Origin: Eledone cirrhosa
Lineage: Eukaryota
Direction: 5' to 3'
Assembly (NCBI GenBank): GCA_964016885.1
Contig: OZ024764.1
Coordinates: 22,692,001-22,756,000 of the forward strand
DNA length: 64,000 bases
This document shows positions 49,281 to 64,000 of the stretch, piece after piece (within the stretch, counting starts at the first letter, position 1; each line of letters begins with the position of its first letter). The position numbers and the translations under genes were made by a program. The notes under the pieces are model-generated. The model saw only the letters and a program-made list of their open reading frames with translations, made no database searches and was not told the origin of the DNA.

Positions 49281-51194
49281 TACGAGTGTCCCAAGTAAAG
49301 AGTTTTCGAGATACGAGCCGTCCCTCGGCTGATTTTTTGCGTTGAGTTCCAGTTTTAGTTGGCATAGCGACCGCCACAGGGAATACCATAACACCCGTCC
49401 AGCATCCCATGGGTTCGAAGAAAGTGAGGGCGAAGGACAGTTCTGAGAAGAAGAAGCAGATGATGTGTATTGAATTAAAGAAAGAAATTATAGAAAAACA
49501 TGTCCAAGGTGTGTGTGTAGTGGACTTGATAAAGGCTATAACCCCAGCTAAGGGTGGTAAAATAATTTCTAAACAGCGGACCTCTATCCATGAAAATATG
49601 GAGAAGCAGCTTGCAAGAGATACCGTGATGAAGATTATAATATGTGAGAAGGCACGAACTATTTACGCTGATTTGCTGCAGCAGACCCCAAGTACTTCTA
49701 CGGACGAGCCATCGGCAAGCCCTTTAATGCCAGTCGGGGTTGGTTTGAGAATTTTAAAAAGAGGACCGGGATTCACTCAGTTGTCAGGCATGGTGAGGCA
49801 GCGAGCGCGGATATGAAGGCAGCTGAGGATTACCTCAAAACCTTTGCCGGAATTATAGCAGCCAAAGGATACATCCCTCAGCAAGTCTTTAACTGTGATG
49901 AAACAGGACTTTTTTGGAAGAAGATGCCAAGGAGGACTTATATAACGGCAGAGGAGAAGAGGATGCCTGGCCACAAACCCATGAAGGATAGGCTAACCCT
50001 CGCACTGTGCCACTGTGAACGTTGACTGTAAGATTAAGTTGCCGCTCGTTTATCATTCGGAAAACTTTAAGTCACATAAGATTCTGAAAGAAAAACTGCA
50101 GGTTATGTGGAGGGCCAACCCGAGGGCATGGGTCACCAGGCAGTTCGTTGTGGATTGGGTGAATTTGGTCCTGACATTAAAAAATATCCCCATGAAAATA
50201 ACCTACCCCTGTAAACCCTTCTTGTTCTGGAAAATACACCTGCTCACCCACCTAACCTCGAAGAGTTCAAGTTTATAAAGGTCCTCTACCTTCCACCAAA
50301 CACCACCCCTATCCTACAGTCCAACGACCAGCGGGTACTTTCTAATTTCAAGAAGCTCTTCACCAAGCACCTGTTCAGTCGCTGCTTTGAAGTGACGGAG
50401 AGCACAAACTTCACCCTTGAGAGGGCTGGAAGGACCATTATAACATCGTGATATGCCTCAGAATTATCGATATGACCTGGCAGGGTCTTACAAAGAGGAC
50501 CTTGACCTCTACATGGAAGAAGCTGTGGCCTGAAGTTGTGTTTAAAACAGACTTTGAAAGACTGGAACCCGAAGCGGCAGTGGTGGCGGAGATTGTACCC
50601 CTCGATAAGTCCATGGGCCTGGACATGGATGAAGGTGACATCAACGAGCTCATCGAGGAGCACTCCGAGGAGATGACAACGAAGGAATTAAAGGAGCTAC
50701 AGACACAGCAACACACGGAGTTTTTGCAGGAAATAGGTGACACAGTGGAGGTTATCTCAACAAGTGAGATGAAACAAACCTTATTAGACAGGTTTTTATC
50801 GAAAATCCCTGCAGATAAAAGTGAGGAACGCGTGGCGAAAAGGGCAAAAATCAGCGAATAAGATTCAGTTATTCAGTTCATCCTTTCTCCTCCGTCAACA
50901 TCCTCAAGTCGTCTGATCTCCAAGATAGATGCTGTACATTATACTTAATAAAACCAGTTTATTGTAGTACATTCTATTGTATTGTTTTTTATATACAATA
51001 TTTGTCATTTATAAGTACATTTTTCTTATTTAAAAACACGTAACAAAACAAACTGTGGTTTTTTGGGGGGGGTCTGGAACGGATTAACGGCATTTTATTT
51101 TATTTCAGTGGGGAAAATTGATTTGACATATGAGTAATTTAAGTTACGAGGTCCTCCACGGAACAAATTAAACTCGTAAGTCAAGGTACAACAG
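49281..51194 (+). mobile_element. Tigger/pogo-like transposon paralog (left TIR lost)
   Basis: QVFNCDETGLFWKKMPRRTYI..HKPMKDRLTL; right TIR at 51178-51194. Confidence 0.9.
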
Positions 51195-52962
51195 TGTGTA
51201 TATATATATATATATGAAGGAATGATCGACTTTGGTCAAATCGGACCGAGGAGGCAATGTTTCCATTGGTCTTTCCAATTGCTAGTACTATCGGTCGCAA
51301 CTCCAGGTAGAAGGAACAACGTGAAATAAAGTGTCTTGCTCAAGGTCATAACGCATCGCCTGGTCCAGGAATCGAACTCACAACCTCAAGATATATATAT
51401 ATATATATAAATGAAGAATATAGAAATTATTGTAGCAAAAAGCCAACAGTATTCCATTATATATATGTATATATAGTATAAAAGAGAAAACACAGGTAAG
51501 CATTAAGAGAAGGATTTTATCCAGGTATTTACGACCGTTTCATTGGTAAGTGCAACCTTATATTTCTATCCTGCAAATAGCAGCCACTCAATTATAATTG
51601 TTGTTCTGTTCACAGTCCAAATTTTCAAAATAGTAAGTTACTCTTGAAATAATTCTTAATATATAGAGAAAAACATTTATTTGGAATTGTATTTACTAGT
51701 ATAGAGAGAGAGGAATCAGAAGGTGAGGGGACAGACGGAATAGTATAGAGAGAGAGGAAGGGGGAAGAGGTAGGAAGTAGAGTGACAAACTGAGATGGAG
51801 GGAGGGGTAGAGGTGGCAGGATTCTTTGGTCAGTTTTGACAGCAGACTTCATGTCGTGGAATGTAGTGAGTTAAAGAGAATTAAATTGATCATTTTTGGA
51901 GGGATGGATATATATATATAGTTAAATATTAGACAGGAACAAAAAACAGGCAGTGCAAATGGTAGTTTATACCGAGAGAGAGACAGACAAACACATCTAT
52001 ACCCCTACTACAGTAAAACAAAACATATGTAAGGGGAGACAACTCTCGTTACATCCCCCCTTCTTTTTGATATACGTCCTTTATATACTTTGTTCAATGG
52101 AATCTGCTTTATTTTGTGTCCTAAGTAGATTTCTGTTTAATTATTTACGAGATTCACAATGATTCACGTAACCAAGTTACTTACATAGAGATATATTTCA
52201 CATAGAATCACAACAAATGAAAATATTAAGTCAACACTCTGTCAATCAGTCTCACATCACATGGGGTGCTGGAGTCTCCCTCTAATACTTTCTGAGACAG
52301 TCTTACCTCGAGTGATAGCAAGGCTAAGATGTTGGAACTACCAAACAGTACCAAACAATATGTATCACCTGACACCTCGGTAAGGAGAGCTGCCAACGAT
52401 AACAAGAACCTCGTTGTCAGGGACCTATCTCCTCCAAACTTCTCCAACACCACAGACTAGAATATTCTACTCTTTATTCCCTATCAAATATATTTCAGTC
52501 TAGTCATTGTATCTTGTATATATATTTTCAAAACTAACTGTCACATTTGTGAGACCCCAGTTAGTGATGTTTTTGTCTCCCTCCCACATCTTACATGCTG
52601 TAGTAAAAGTGAGGGTCACTGCTTCTGTAGACGAACGAAATAAAAGTTAAAATACCAGTAATTATCGGCAAAGTATTTATTCCAGTCTGTGATGTTTGAG
52701 AAGCTGGGCTGCTGACAACGAAGTTGCTGTTACTGTTGGCGGCTGGCTTTACCGAAGTACCCGATGACTCTTGTGAGGGTACTTAGCTGTTCTGGCAACT
52801 TAACCTCCATATGACCCGATCTTACCGAGATACCCGGTGATCTCTGTAAGAGTACTTAGCTGTTGTATTTTAATTTCATTTACTGATTTCAACTTTCATT
52901 TTTTTTATTACAAACTTTACATAATTTAATTCGGTAAAAATATTTTTACGTCACAAAAAAAC

Positions 52963-53090
52963 TTGACCTTTGACATTGAAGCATGCGCAGTGGTGCAGTT
53001 GTCGACTTCCTGTCCACGTGTTAGTCTTCCTACAACAACATTTAGACAACATTTCTGTAAATACTAAACACCTGAGACTATAATGTAAGT
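52963..53090 (+). promoter_or_regulatory. Putative promoter/exon 1 of ZNF gene 4
   Basis: Same motif set; donor GTAAGT at 53085. Confidence 0.6.
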
Positions 53091-53619
53091 ATTATGTCTA
53101 TTAATATTGTAGATTTAAGCTCACTTTTCACATCACAAATATATATTTTCTTGTTTGTTTCATTACTGGAAATATAAAATGTTATCGTAATTATCTATAT
53201 TTTACCTACCTCTAATTAATTAAAGTGAAAACTTTTGTTGTTGTTGAAAAATAAATTAACAAAACTAAATATTTAAATACTCTAAAGGTCGTTTTTATAT
53301 TATGTGATGATATAATTAATATATTTTATTACAATTGTATAAATTTACAGTAGAATAACGTTGTAAATATGTTTTAAATATATACATAAATAACATAAGT
53401 GTGTAAATAACATTATGAATTGCTGGCAATTCCTTGAGAAAGACATTACAAATATATTGTCTAAACTGTGTATAATAATATAATTTATTGAGCAATAATG
53501 ATAAAGGAAAGAAAAACACAGTGGGAAATGGCAATTGACCACCAAGCGTGATAATAGGCCACACCTCACACCTTAGGGGTTAACTACACACTTTGAGGCA
53601 AGCCAACACACTGGCAGCA

Positions 53620-53901
53620 TTACTAAGGTGTTGAAATAACCAGGTACCCTCACGGGTATCACCTGGTACCTCGGTAAGGCGAGGCTAAGGTGTTGAAATA
53701 ACCAGGTACCCTCACGGGTATCACCTAACACCTCGGTAAGGTGAGGCTAAGGATCTGAAATAACCAGGTACCCTCACGGGTATCACCTGACACCTCGGTA
53801 AGGTGAGGCTAAGGGGCTGAAATAACCAGGTACCCTCACGGGTATCACCTGACACCTTGGTAAGGTGAGTCTAAGGGGCTGAAATAACCAGGTACCCTCA
53901 C
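53620..53901 (+). repeat. 62-bp tandem repeat (~5 copies)
   Basis: AATAACCAGGTACCCTCACGG recurring. Confidence 0.9.
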
Positions 53902-54257
53902 GGAAACGACTAGATTTGTAGAAGAAGTAGGGTGAAAGTATACGAAGAGATGTAGTTTCACAGATCTACTCACACCTCAAGTTGGGTGGGAAATAATTAT
54001 TTTTCTTAGATTTTTTTCTAGACCCCTTTTCAATATTTTCTCTGAACCCCTTAGATACTTGCAATAGACGTTTTATTCCCCAGTATTAGGGTTAGGGTTT
54101 CCGTTTTCAGGAAGAAAAGTCGATTGCAAACATCTAAGCGGTCGAGAAAAATTATAAGGAAAGATAATTATTTCCCAGCCAACTGGAGAAGTGTGTAGCT
54201 CTTCTAAACTCTGATAATCCTGTCTCCCACTTTTTATCTACAAATCTAGTCGTTTCC
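53902..54257. mobile_element. Palindromic MITE paralog
   Basis: Same TIRs as 3026-3369. Confidence 0.75.
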
Positions 54258-54659
54258 TGCTACTTTGAAGGCCCTATTTATTGATAACACCACCTGTAAA
54301 TCTTTGTCAACTTTTCACACGTAAATTGTGAATCAGTTATTTTTAAACAAACTATCAAAGAAGTGATCTCACAGTAACTGTGTTTGATTTAATCAACTTA
54401 TTCCCCCCAAACATTGTCGACCTTGTGTCTAAATCAGAAACTGTTATAAGATCTTAAATCAACCCCGTAAAGATGAAGGGCAAAGCTAACCTCGGCGGGA
54501 TTTCAACCCTTTATGTTATGAGTTCAAATCCCACCAAAGTTAACTTTGTCTTTCATTCTAACGGGGTGGATAAATTAAAGTTCCAGTAATCTACTGGGGT
54601 CTGAGATATTAAGGTTTGAGTAGATTCTATCTTTTTGTGTGTTTGTATTTATAATCTTA

Positions 54660-54848
54660 CTAGAACACCTGTGACCTGTTGGGTCACGTTCCCTTTAAAA
54701 ATAATATTTAAATAATTAAAATATACACAGACATGTATATAATGTAAAATGAAATTAGTAGGCCCATGTATATGTATATATATATATATATATATATGCG
54801 TGTGTGTGTATATATATATATATGCGTGTGTGTGTATATATATATATA

Positions 54849-54880
<32 letters not shown>

Positions 54881-55153
54881 CACACGTCACTTGATATAAT
54901 TTTATAACTTTGTTCAACAGCACCACCAGCTATCTCTCTCACACACACCCATTATCTTTCTCTCTCTATTTATAAAGGTGCCAGAAGAACCCCATATCTC
55001 GGGAACCTGTACATTGATTTACGTGAAACTTATTTTATCCCATTTGTATTCCCATTTCAGGGTCAACTTCCTTTCAAACTATTTTCCCGTTATGCCCCGT
55101 TTTGGCTGTATTACATTACAGACAAGACACAATCACAGAGTTTTAGGTTTATA
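54660..55153 (-). mobile_element. Helitron-like element paralog (minus)
   Basis: A|CTAG terminus; homologous to 18973-19415. Confidence 0.65.
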
Positions 55154-55356
55154 ATGTTATAGTATCATGATAGGGTAATACAGTTATTTATAGACCTGTG
55201 GTAAATGTTGGTTCAGTCCACCCTGGGGGGTGTAAGTGTTGGTTGAGTCTACCCTGAGGGGTGTTAGTGTTGGTTCAGTCCACCCTGGGGGGTGTAAGTG
55301 TTGGTTCAGTCTACCCTGAGGGGTGTCAGTGTTGGTCAATGATAACCTTTATAACT

Positions 55357-57992
55357 AGAGGCCTGTTGGTGAGGACAAGCTGGAAGTGGTGACATCTTTC
55401 TGCTACCTGTGTGACATGTCAGCTGGAAGTGGAGCCAAGTTCACTGCCATCGTGCTGTGCCACTCCACAGGTAACAAGTTTAGGCAGCTTCTCTTAATCC
55501 TCAAGACATGCTGGCTACCATTAGACACCATGGGGCAGGTTTATAACACCTGTGGGAGAAGTGTGTTGTTTCATGCCAGCGAGACCTGGGCCATGTTATC
55601 TGACTGTCTGAATTGACTCTGAAGAAATAACAGAGCTATGATCCACTGGATGTGTAATGTGACCATTGAGGATGATGTCAGCTCAACTGAGCTCCTAAAA
55701 AAACTGCTGATCGACAACCTCAAGGATGTGTTTCACAGGAGACACATGCACTGGTATGGCCATGTTGTGCATTCTCTCTCAACTCATCTATGCTTGGTCG
55801 TTGATGCACATTGACATTGCACATCCAACGGAGCATACTTGCTTCATTTTTCTCCAGCCGTTGCATATCCTCTGCAGTTGCTGTCCGTGTCTCACTACCG
55901 TGCAGCATCACACATCTCATGCAGGCATCACCAGCCATTCGTTCTTAGAGAGAAACCCTTCTTTGTCAACAGAGGAAGCAGCTCCCTAAACTTCTTCCAA
56001 CCCGTCCTTATTCTAGATACTATGGCCTCTGGGCACCCTCCTCCCATGCTAATTTGATCACCTAGATACCGGAAGCTATCAACCACTTCTATAGAACCTA
56101 CCTGCATTTGAAAAATGTGTCTATCACTGCGACTTCTACCGTCAAATTTCCCTGTACATCTACTACATATGTATTTTTCCCTACCTGATAGTTTGCCTGC
56201 TATCCCACTACATTTCTTGTGTACCCAAGATCTGCATTGTGTTACATTATAGAATTTATGCCAGTTCCTTTTCTACATATTGAACAAGGCCATTTCCTTG
56301 ATGGAATGACAGTTTTGTCCTCTTTTCTACTCATCAACACTTTAGTCTTAGCTAGGTTCACTCTCAGTCCTCTTGCTTCCAACTGCTGTTGCAATAGCCA
56401 GAATTTATTCTCTAGCTCCTCTACTGATTCTGCTATAAGAACCATATCGTCAGCATAGAGAACTTCCCATGGGCACCTAGTCTTAAACTCCTCTGTTATG
56501 ACTTGGAGGACTATAATGAACAAGAGCGGGCTGAGGACCGAACCCTGATGTACTCCTGCATCTGTAATTCCTCACTAAACTCCATGCCTACCCTCACTTT
56601 ACTGACAGCACCTCTGTACATAGCTTGCACTGTCTTCACAAACTATTCCTCTACACCTAGTTTCCTTAGGGTCCACCAGATGACAGATTGGGGTACTCTA
56701 TCAAAGGCCTTCTCTAGGTCAACAAAAACTAAGTATAGTGGTTTTCTTCTCTAAGAACCTCTCTTGTAGTTGTCTCACTAAGAAGAGGGCATCTGTTTGA
56801 CCCTTTCTCTAAGTTGCGCTAGTATTCTTTCTGTCACTTTCATAACCTGATCCATCAGGTTTATACCCCTATAATTACTCCCCTCCAGAACATCCCCTTT
56901 ACCTTTACCTCAATTTATGAGAATACTGCTGCACCAGTCTTTGGGTATGACACCACCATATATAGCTAGATTAATGATGCATTCAACCAGTTTAATTCCT
57001 ACTTCTCTTGATGCCTTCAGCATCTCAGCAACTATCCCCAACAGTCCAGCGGACTTACCATTTTTCATTTCCTTAATTGGACCCTATAGTCGTCAATCTC
57101 AATAGCTGGTCCTTCTGTTGGGTCTACTGAAGGTAGCTCCCCTCCTATTCATTCTCCACATTCATCAGTCTCTCATAATGACATTTCCAGGCCTCCTTTT
57201 TTTTGAGAATCAGTGACACTAAGTGCACCAACATCCTGATTTACACTGACACACTGCCTTGCAATGTGGATCACCGCACATCTCTGATCTCCCCATCGCA
57301 GGACATTGGCAAACCTTCTACTCTCAGCCTCCCTGCATGTTGAGTAGGCCTGACATCTAGCTTCTCTCTTAGCGGCTGTGAATCGGTCTCTACCCCTACC
57401 ATTTTTCCTAGCCTTTTGTCTCTAATGGCTCTATCTACCGTGCTGTTCCACCACCAGGCCACCCTCTGTCTGGTTGGAGCTCTGCTCCAGCCACAAGTTT
57501 CTTCAGTAACCTGCAGTATGTTGTCACGTAAGAAATTCCAGTTATCATCCATGTCATACGACATTGAAGGGCTTTCCTAAATTTATATTTTAGTGAAAGG
57601 TCTTTTAGTTTCCAGTCCTTCTTTTTCAAACCTTCTTGTATGTCTCTCTTTGTCTCTTGCTTACTGAGATGTCACTAACGGCTAACCTATGTTGGGGGGT
57701 TACATTGTTCCCTGGGGTATGCCTTAGTATTTGACACCATCTGTCTCTCTTGCTACTTAACTAGCAAGAAGTAAATCTGTCTCATGTGCTCACCTGATTG
57801 GTAGGTTATTAGGTGGTTGGTAGGTTTCTTGAAGTGTTGCAAATGGTTAGTTCACTTGCATCACAAAATACAAGAAGCCTCACTCTTTCTTCGTTTCTTG
57901 AGCCATAACCATGACCACCATGTACCCCAGTATATCCATCCTGGAACTGTCCAACATGACCATTGAAGTCCCCTGCTATTATAACTAGGTCT
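55357..57992 (-). mobile_element. Degenerate RTE LINE remnants (paralog of 5068-7700)
   Basis: YADD-containing ORF 56242-56523. Confidence 0.88.
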
Positions 57993-58559
57993 CAAAATCT
58001 CATAGATTTGATATTATGAGAGATAAAGCATTTACTGTGAAAATATAATAGTATATATAGAGTAATGTGAATACTAAAGGGTTAATCTGATGTCACTAAT
58101 AACTACTTTTATCTGTCAGTTTATTCTAATGTCACTAATAACTACTTTTATCAGTCAGTTTAATCTAATGTCACTAATAACTACTTTTATCAGTCAGTAT
58201 AATCTACTACCACTAATAACTAACCTATGTTAGTCAGCACATTCTTCACCAAAGAAGACCTTAGTATTTATTACAGTCCATTTATCAATATAGAAATATT
58301 ATAGGAAATTTGTACTGATGTATTACAAGTTTCTGAGTATCTTATAATGTTCTTTTATTATTTCAGAATACCAGAGGACATTGGCATTAAAGAGCACGTT
58401 ACATCAGACATATCCTCAACATTAACCATTTCTAATGAAAGACACTAACCATCATTTTCAAATAATTTTGAAAACACTCAACACTTTGAAGTGATTTAGT
58501 AATATAACTAAATTTCTCAGTATTAAGCTGTGAATTATGTGAGAAACTGAGGTGATTGA

Positions 58560-59609
<1,050 letters not shown>

Positions 59610-60566
59610 CTGTGTCAATATCAAACTCATTACATCATACTACAACAACAATTGTGTAGATCCATCATTCTTGCTAAAACTGGGGTCAACCTTGTAGGTT
59701 TTACCTAGGACAGGGATCATAAAACCAGTTTTCCATTTTTGAAGCAGTGTTTGAAGATTTTGTGTAAATTAAAGTTTTTCTCTTTAAACTTTCATTTATT
59801 ATACTTTAACAGGTAAGATATATATTTGTATTTTTAGTAAAGGTTGGGAACTTCTGTAATTTAAACCTGCCAATAAAATGAAAACTTTTGTTGTTAGTCA
59901 GACATTGATATTAATTCTATTGTCCTGTACATTGTCTCAAATATCACAGATTAAACAGATTTTAACAATAACAACAGAAATCAATAACTTGTAAGCCTAA
60001 TATCTAGCTTCCATTTTAACTATTTGATATTGTTGTTCCCCTCTTGCCTCTTCAGGTCTTTTAGATTTCAACTTCTATCTACTGTACTATTCCATCACCA
60101 AGGCAACATTCATCTGGCTGGCAGCTTACATCAACTACAGATCTCCAACCCTTCTTTCTCCAGATAGTCTTGTATCTGTCAGTCCCTCTATATCTTATAT
60201 TTAACAGGGAGATCTTTTACTCTCCAACCCTTCTTTCTCCAGATAGTCTTGTATCTGTCAGTCCCTCTAGATATTACACCTAGTATCTAGTCTATGTTGA
60301 GTGGTACGTCCTTCTCCAGTAAAGGAGTTAATATTCCCAACCATCTGTCTATCCTGTTTTCTGATGAGAATGAAGTCAATCTAGTTTATCTCTTCACCTG
60401 ATTGAAGTAACTAGATCAAGTAACTAGATGCTTTCCTGTAAGTTAGTGTTGCAGTGTTTGTGTCACCATGTAAGGTTTATATCTATTAATATAGAGATGT
60501 AGTAAAGTTTTCACTGTTGTATCTCTACTTTCTAAATATCTTAATAATGTTTCTCTACTATTTCAG

Positions 60567-61005
60567 AATATCACATGACCTTGACAGAAAAGAGTCTTTT
60601 AAAGACAACAGAAAGATGTTACATACAAGTGATATAAACTTGTTTAGTCTGTGGTGAATTATGGTGAAATATTTCTTCTGAATTGAGATAAATAACAACA
60701 TTTTCCTTTTTCACTGTCTGGAATATTTACAAGATGTTTTTACATTTTGATTAAACTTTGGATATTTGCAAAGGAGTTTTAAAAATATTTGGATATTGAC
60801 AAAGATCACATTTGGTAAAATTATGAACAATAGAAATATTTACATCAACATAGGAATATTTTCCAGAAGAGATGGGAAAATCATATACCACTAATATTTG
60901 TGGTAAAGTATTCTCTCTTCTTTATATGTAGAACATCTAACTAAACACTTTAACTAACAAACTATTGTGCTATAAAATTGACAAACTTGAGCAATGTTTA
61001 ATAAA
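60567..61005 (+). pseudogene. Decayed second zinc-finger exon paralog
   Basis: Homologous to 11428-11860, with further small deletions in the finger relic. Confidence 0.6.
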
Positions 61006-61059
61006 TGTTACAGATTTCTCCAAACTGTCGTTTACTAACTTTAATTTGAAGCTATGTTA

Positions 61060-61426
61060 TCTATATACTACTAAAACTCTGTAATTGTGTCTTGTCTAAT
61101 TTAATACAGCTAAAACAGTGCATAATGGGGAAATACTTTGAAAGGAATAAAACAATTTTTGTATAAATTGGAGCACATGTTCCCAAGATACGGGGATTTC
61201 TGGGTACCTTGATATATATAGGGAGAGAAAGAGATAGTGGTTGTGAGAGTGAGGAGACAGATGGAAGAGATAGAGAGAGAGCTGGTGGTGTTGTTTAATA
61301 AAATATGTGTGTGTGTATATATATATATACGTATGTGTATATTTTAACTAATTAAAAATCATTTTTAAATGACTTTTAAAAAATAGTTTTAAGGGAACGT
61401 GACCCAACAGGTCCCGGGTGGTCTAG
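61060..61426 (+). mobile_element. Helitron-like element paralog
   Basis: A|TCTATATACTACTAAAA...CTAG|T. Confidence 0.72.
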
Positions 61427-61834
61427 TTTGTTACTAAATACTAGATATTAGAGGGTCATGTTGTTCTAGATGTGCTGGAAGAGCCATTCCATCTTGTGTG
61501 GCTCACACCAGCAGCTAGCCACCTCAGCACCTATGGTGGTATATTTATTATATTATTTATTCTTTATCATTAACATTAATATAAAAGATAATTATATATT
61601 TTTAGAGAAGAACCTCTAATTTCATATAGCTTAGGGCTTCAGTAGGTAAAAGTCTGGCCCTGCTTGTCTTGTATTTTTTAGGGGAGAAGTTAGGGAATAC
61701 GGTTATTGTGTGAAAGTTTTCTAAATCTTCTTCAACCACTAACATGGAGAAGATATTTCAGTAAGAAGGTTCACATCCTGACATCTATGGCTGTTAACAA
61801 AGAGATTGGAATTCATTATTAAACAAATGTTATA

Positions 61835-62390
61835 TCATCATCACTGTTTAACATCAGTTTTTTCACGCTGGCATGGGTTAGACGAGTTATCCTGTTGTAA
61901 GCAAAGCCAGGTCAGGTGATAATGTGTTGCTCCTACAGAACAAATTTTGGTTTGGTTTCTGCAGCTGGATGCCCTTCCTAGCACCAACCTTATTTACATT
62001 GAGTACTGGGTGCATTTTATCATCTCACCATCAGGACCACTTTACAGTGTAGGCTGGGTGCTTTTTGTTGTGACACATACATGACCACTTTATAGTGTGG
62101 ACTGGGTACTTTTTGTTGTGACACCTACACGACCCCTTTAAAGTTTGGGCTGGGTACTTTTTGTTGTCACCTACATGACCACTTTACAGTGTGGACTGGT
62201 TTCTTTTTGTCATATCACCTACATGACCACCTTATAATGTTGACTGTGTGTTCTTTACAGTGTGGGCTGGTTTCTTTTTGTCATATCACCTACATGACCA
62301 CCTTATAATGTTGACTGTGTATTCTCTATAGTGTGGGTTGGGTGCTTCTTGTCATATCTCCTACCCAACCACTTTGCAGTGTGGGCAGTG
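61835..62390 (-). repeat. RTE 3'UTR remnant with 48-bp repeat copies
   Basis: Same as 12686 onward; contains the empty site for the 28047 RTE. Confidence 0.8.
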
Positions 62391-63207
62391 AAATATCAGT
62401 AATACACCAGCTCCAATATTCACTAATCAGAAGAAGGGAGGTAGGCATAAAAGCCAAACACGCTGTCTTCAATTAGGTTTTTGTGCCAACCCTTACCTAT
62501 GGTCACATATCTTGGGTAATGACCAAAAGAATATGATTGGGAATACAAATGGCAGATATGGGATTCCTCTGAAGGGTCTTTGAAGGAACTTTTCTCAATA
62601 AAGTGCATAGCTCTTAGATCAGAGAGTCACTCCAGGTGGAACTGTTACTTCTAATTGAGAGATCACAGCTGCAATACTATGGCCATGTGGTTAGAATGTC
62701 TGAGGAAAGAATCACTGGATAGATTTTACAGGCAAAACTAACCGGCAGGAGACCCAGGGGTAGACCTGAGCAAGATGGTCACATAACATCCATGAGCTTG
62801 GCTGGTCTCTCTGGGAGATCCAGACACATAAGTTGGAGTGGGTTGCTTCTGACAGGACCTGTTGGAGGGAGTGTTTGAGGACTCTGCCCCCAAGACCCTC
62901 TCTGGAATGAGTGGGTTAATAAGCAGAGGTTGAGGTTACATAATCAACATCAGATTTCCCTGCTAGCAAGGGTTTAATGAGTCTACTTCAACCAATTAAG
63001 TACTAAAGTGAGGCTACTGATCTCCCACACAGACCAAGGATCTGAGACTTATTTACATAAGGTCTCATTTGCTACTGAGTGCACAGAAAAGGTTGTCATG
63101 ATTGAAGGGTTCTCCGACACTATTGTTGGGCAAGCTTTCTATAGCTAGATGTCCTTCACATGACCAACCACATTACAGCCTGTGTTGGGTGTGTTTATCA
63201 TGTAGGT

Positions 63208-64000
63208 GAGACATAACAAACTGAGGGTTCCCCAAGGGCCACATAGGTCACATGTGTTGTCTGAGGGTTGCACACGACAACTAAGTAGTCATTTAATAAA
63301 ATATATTGCAGAAAGATTTGTTACTTAAATTTAGAAACATACAATGTACATACAAATGTTTTAGCAGCATTCATGAATACAAAGTAATGAAGTAGTTTGA
63401 CAAAAAACTAAAATTTAACATGTCAACATATACTTGCAGATTGTAACAGCAACAAATACATTGTACACAAATAACAACAGTTGAAAACTGAACATTTATT
63501 TGCTACTATTCAACCATTTTTAGTGTTTTGTCCTGAGGCTTGACACTTCTTTCTGTTGACTATTTTTGGTATATCTGGCTGAAATGTCTGTACAGTTCCA
63601 ACTTTAATCAGATGACAAGTGTTGATCAGTCAGCCTTGTTCTCTGAGAAGTTTTTGTTAAGCTAAGTACAGACTCAGTATGGGCAGTGATTTTCAGCTCT
63701 TTGCACATAAGAAAATGTATTAAATTTTCATCTGACAACGGAGACTTCCATAAGCTAAGTTTTCTAATGAAGAACTTGATGTCATCATACAACTGAGTGA
63801 TGGGTTTGTTTTTACCTTGTAATTTCAAATTAAGATAAGTTAATTGTGCAGTAATATCCATAACAAAAGCCAGATGTTGGAGCCAACTTTCATCTTTTAT
63901 TTCATCTATGTTTTGACCTTTCATCTCCAAAAACATAATTATTTCAACAAATAGAATCTTTTCAGCACTTTGTGACATGTCAACCAGCAGACTTCTGTGT
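63208..64000 (-). mobile_element. hAT (Buster-type) transposon paralog, cut by the window end
   Basis: ATGTAGGT|GAGACATAACAAAC; ORF 63604-63978 nearly identical to 30672-31142. Confidence 0.9.

Noticed and set aside
51410-51908. Possible Penelope-like fragment unique to unit 4
   Set aside because: Only a vague resemblance; no GIY-YIG or RT motif seen

Overview
Eukaryotic, AT-rich animal DNA, most likely a coleoid cephalopod (Octopus-like: (GAT)n-tailed RTE LINEs, octopus-type tRNA-SINE remnants, clustered effector-less tandem C2H2 genes; the species is an inference). The window is a tandem segmental array of four ~14-18 kb units. Each unit holds one + strand C2H2 zinc-finger gene with this predicted layout: compact promoter/non-coding exon 1 (~1.8, 17.4, 35.0, 53.0 kb), a TE-filled first intron, a single coding exon of 12-21 near-identical 84-bp finger repeats (ATG at 8793, 23351, 43056, 58578), a putative 3'-UTR intron and a decayed second zinc-finger exon. 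Spacers alternate between a Tigger/pogo fossil (T) and a Buster-type hAT fossil (H): T-g1-T-g2-H-g3-T-g4-H. Diagnostic flanking variants indicate gene 1 is a recombinant (gene2/4-type 5' half, gene3-type 3' half) with the crossover inside the finger array. Unit-specific insertions include young RTE, CR1, CRE and Tx1-like LINEs, a Merlin transposase fragment and a GG-terminated foldback MITE with an 8-bp TSD. Six minisatellites (31, 39, 48, 62, 73, 82 bp) vary in copy number between units, and at least two derive from RTE LINE sequence. Gene structures are predicted from motifs only, and coordinates of degenerate elements are approximate.
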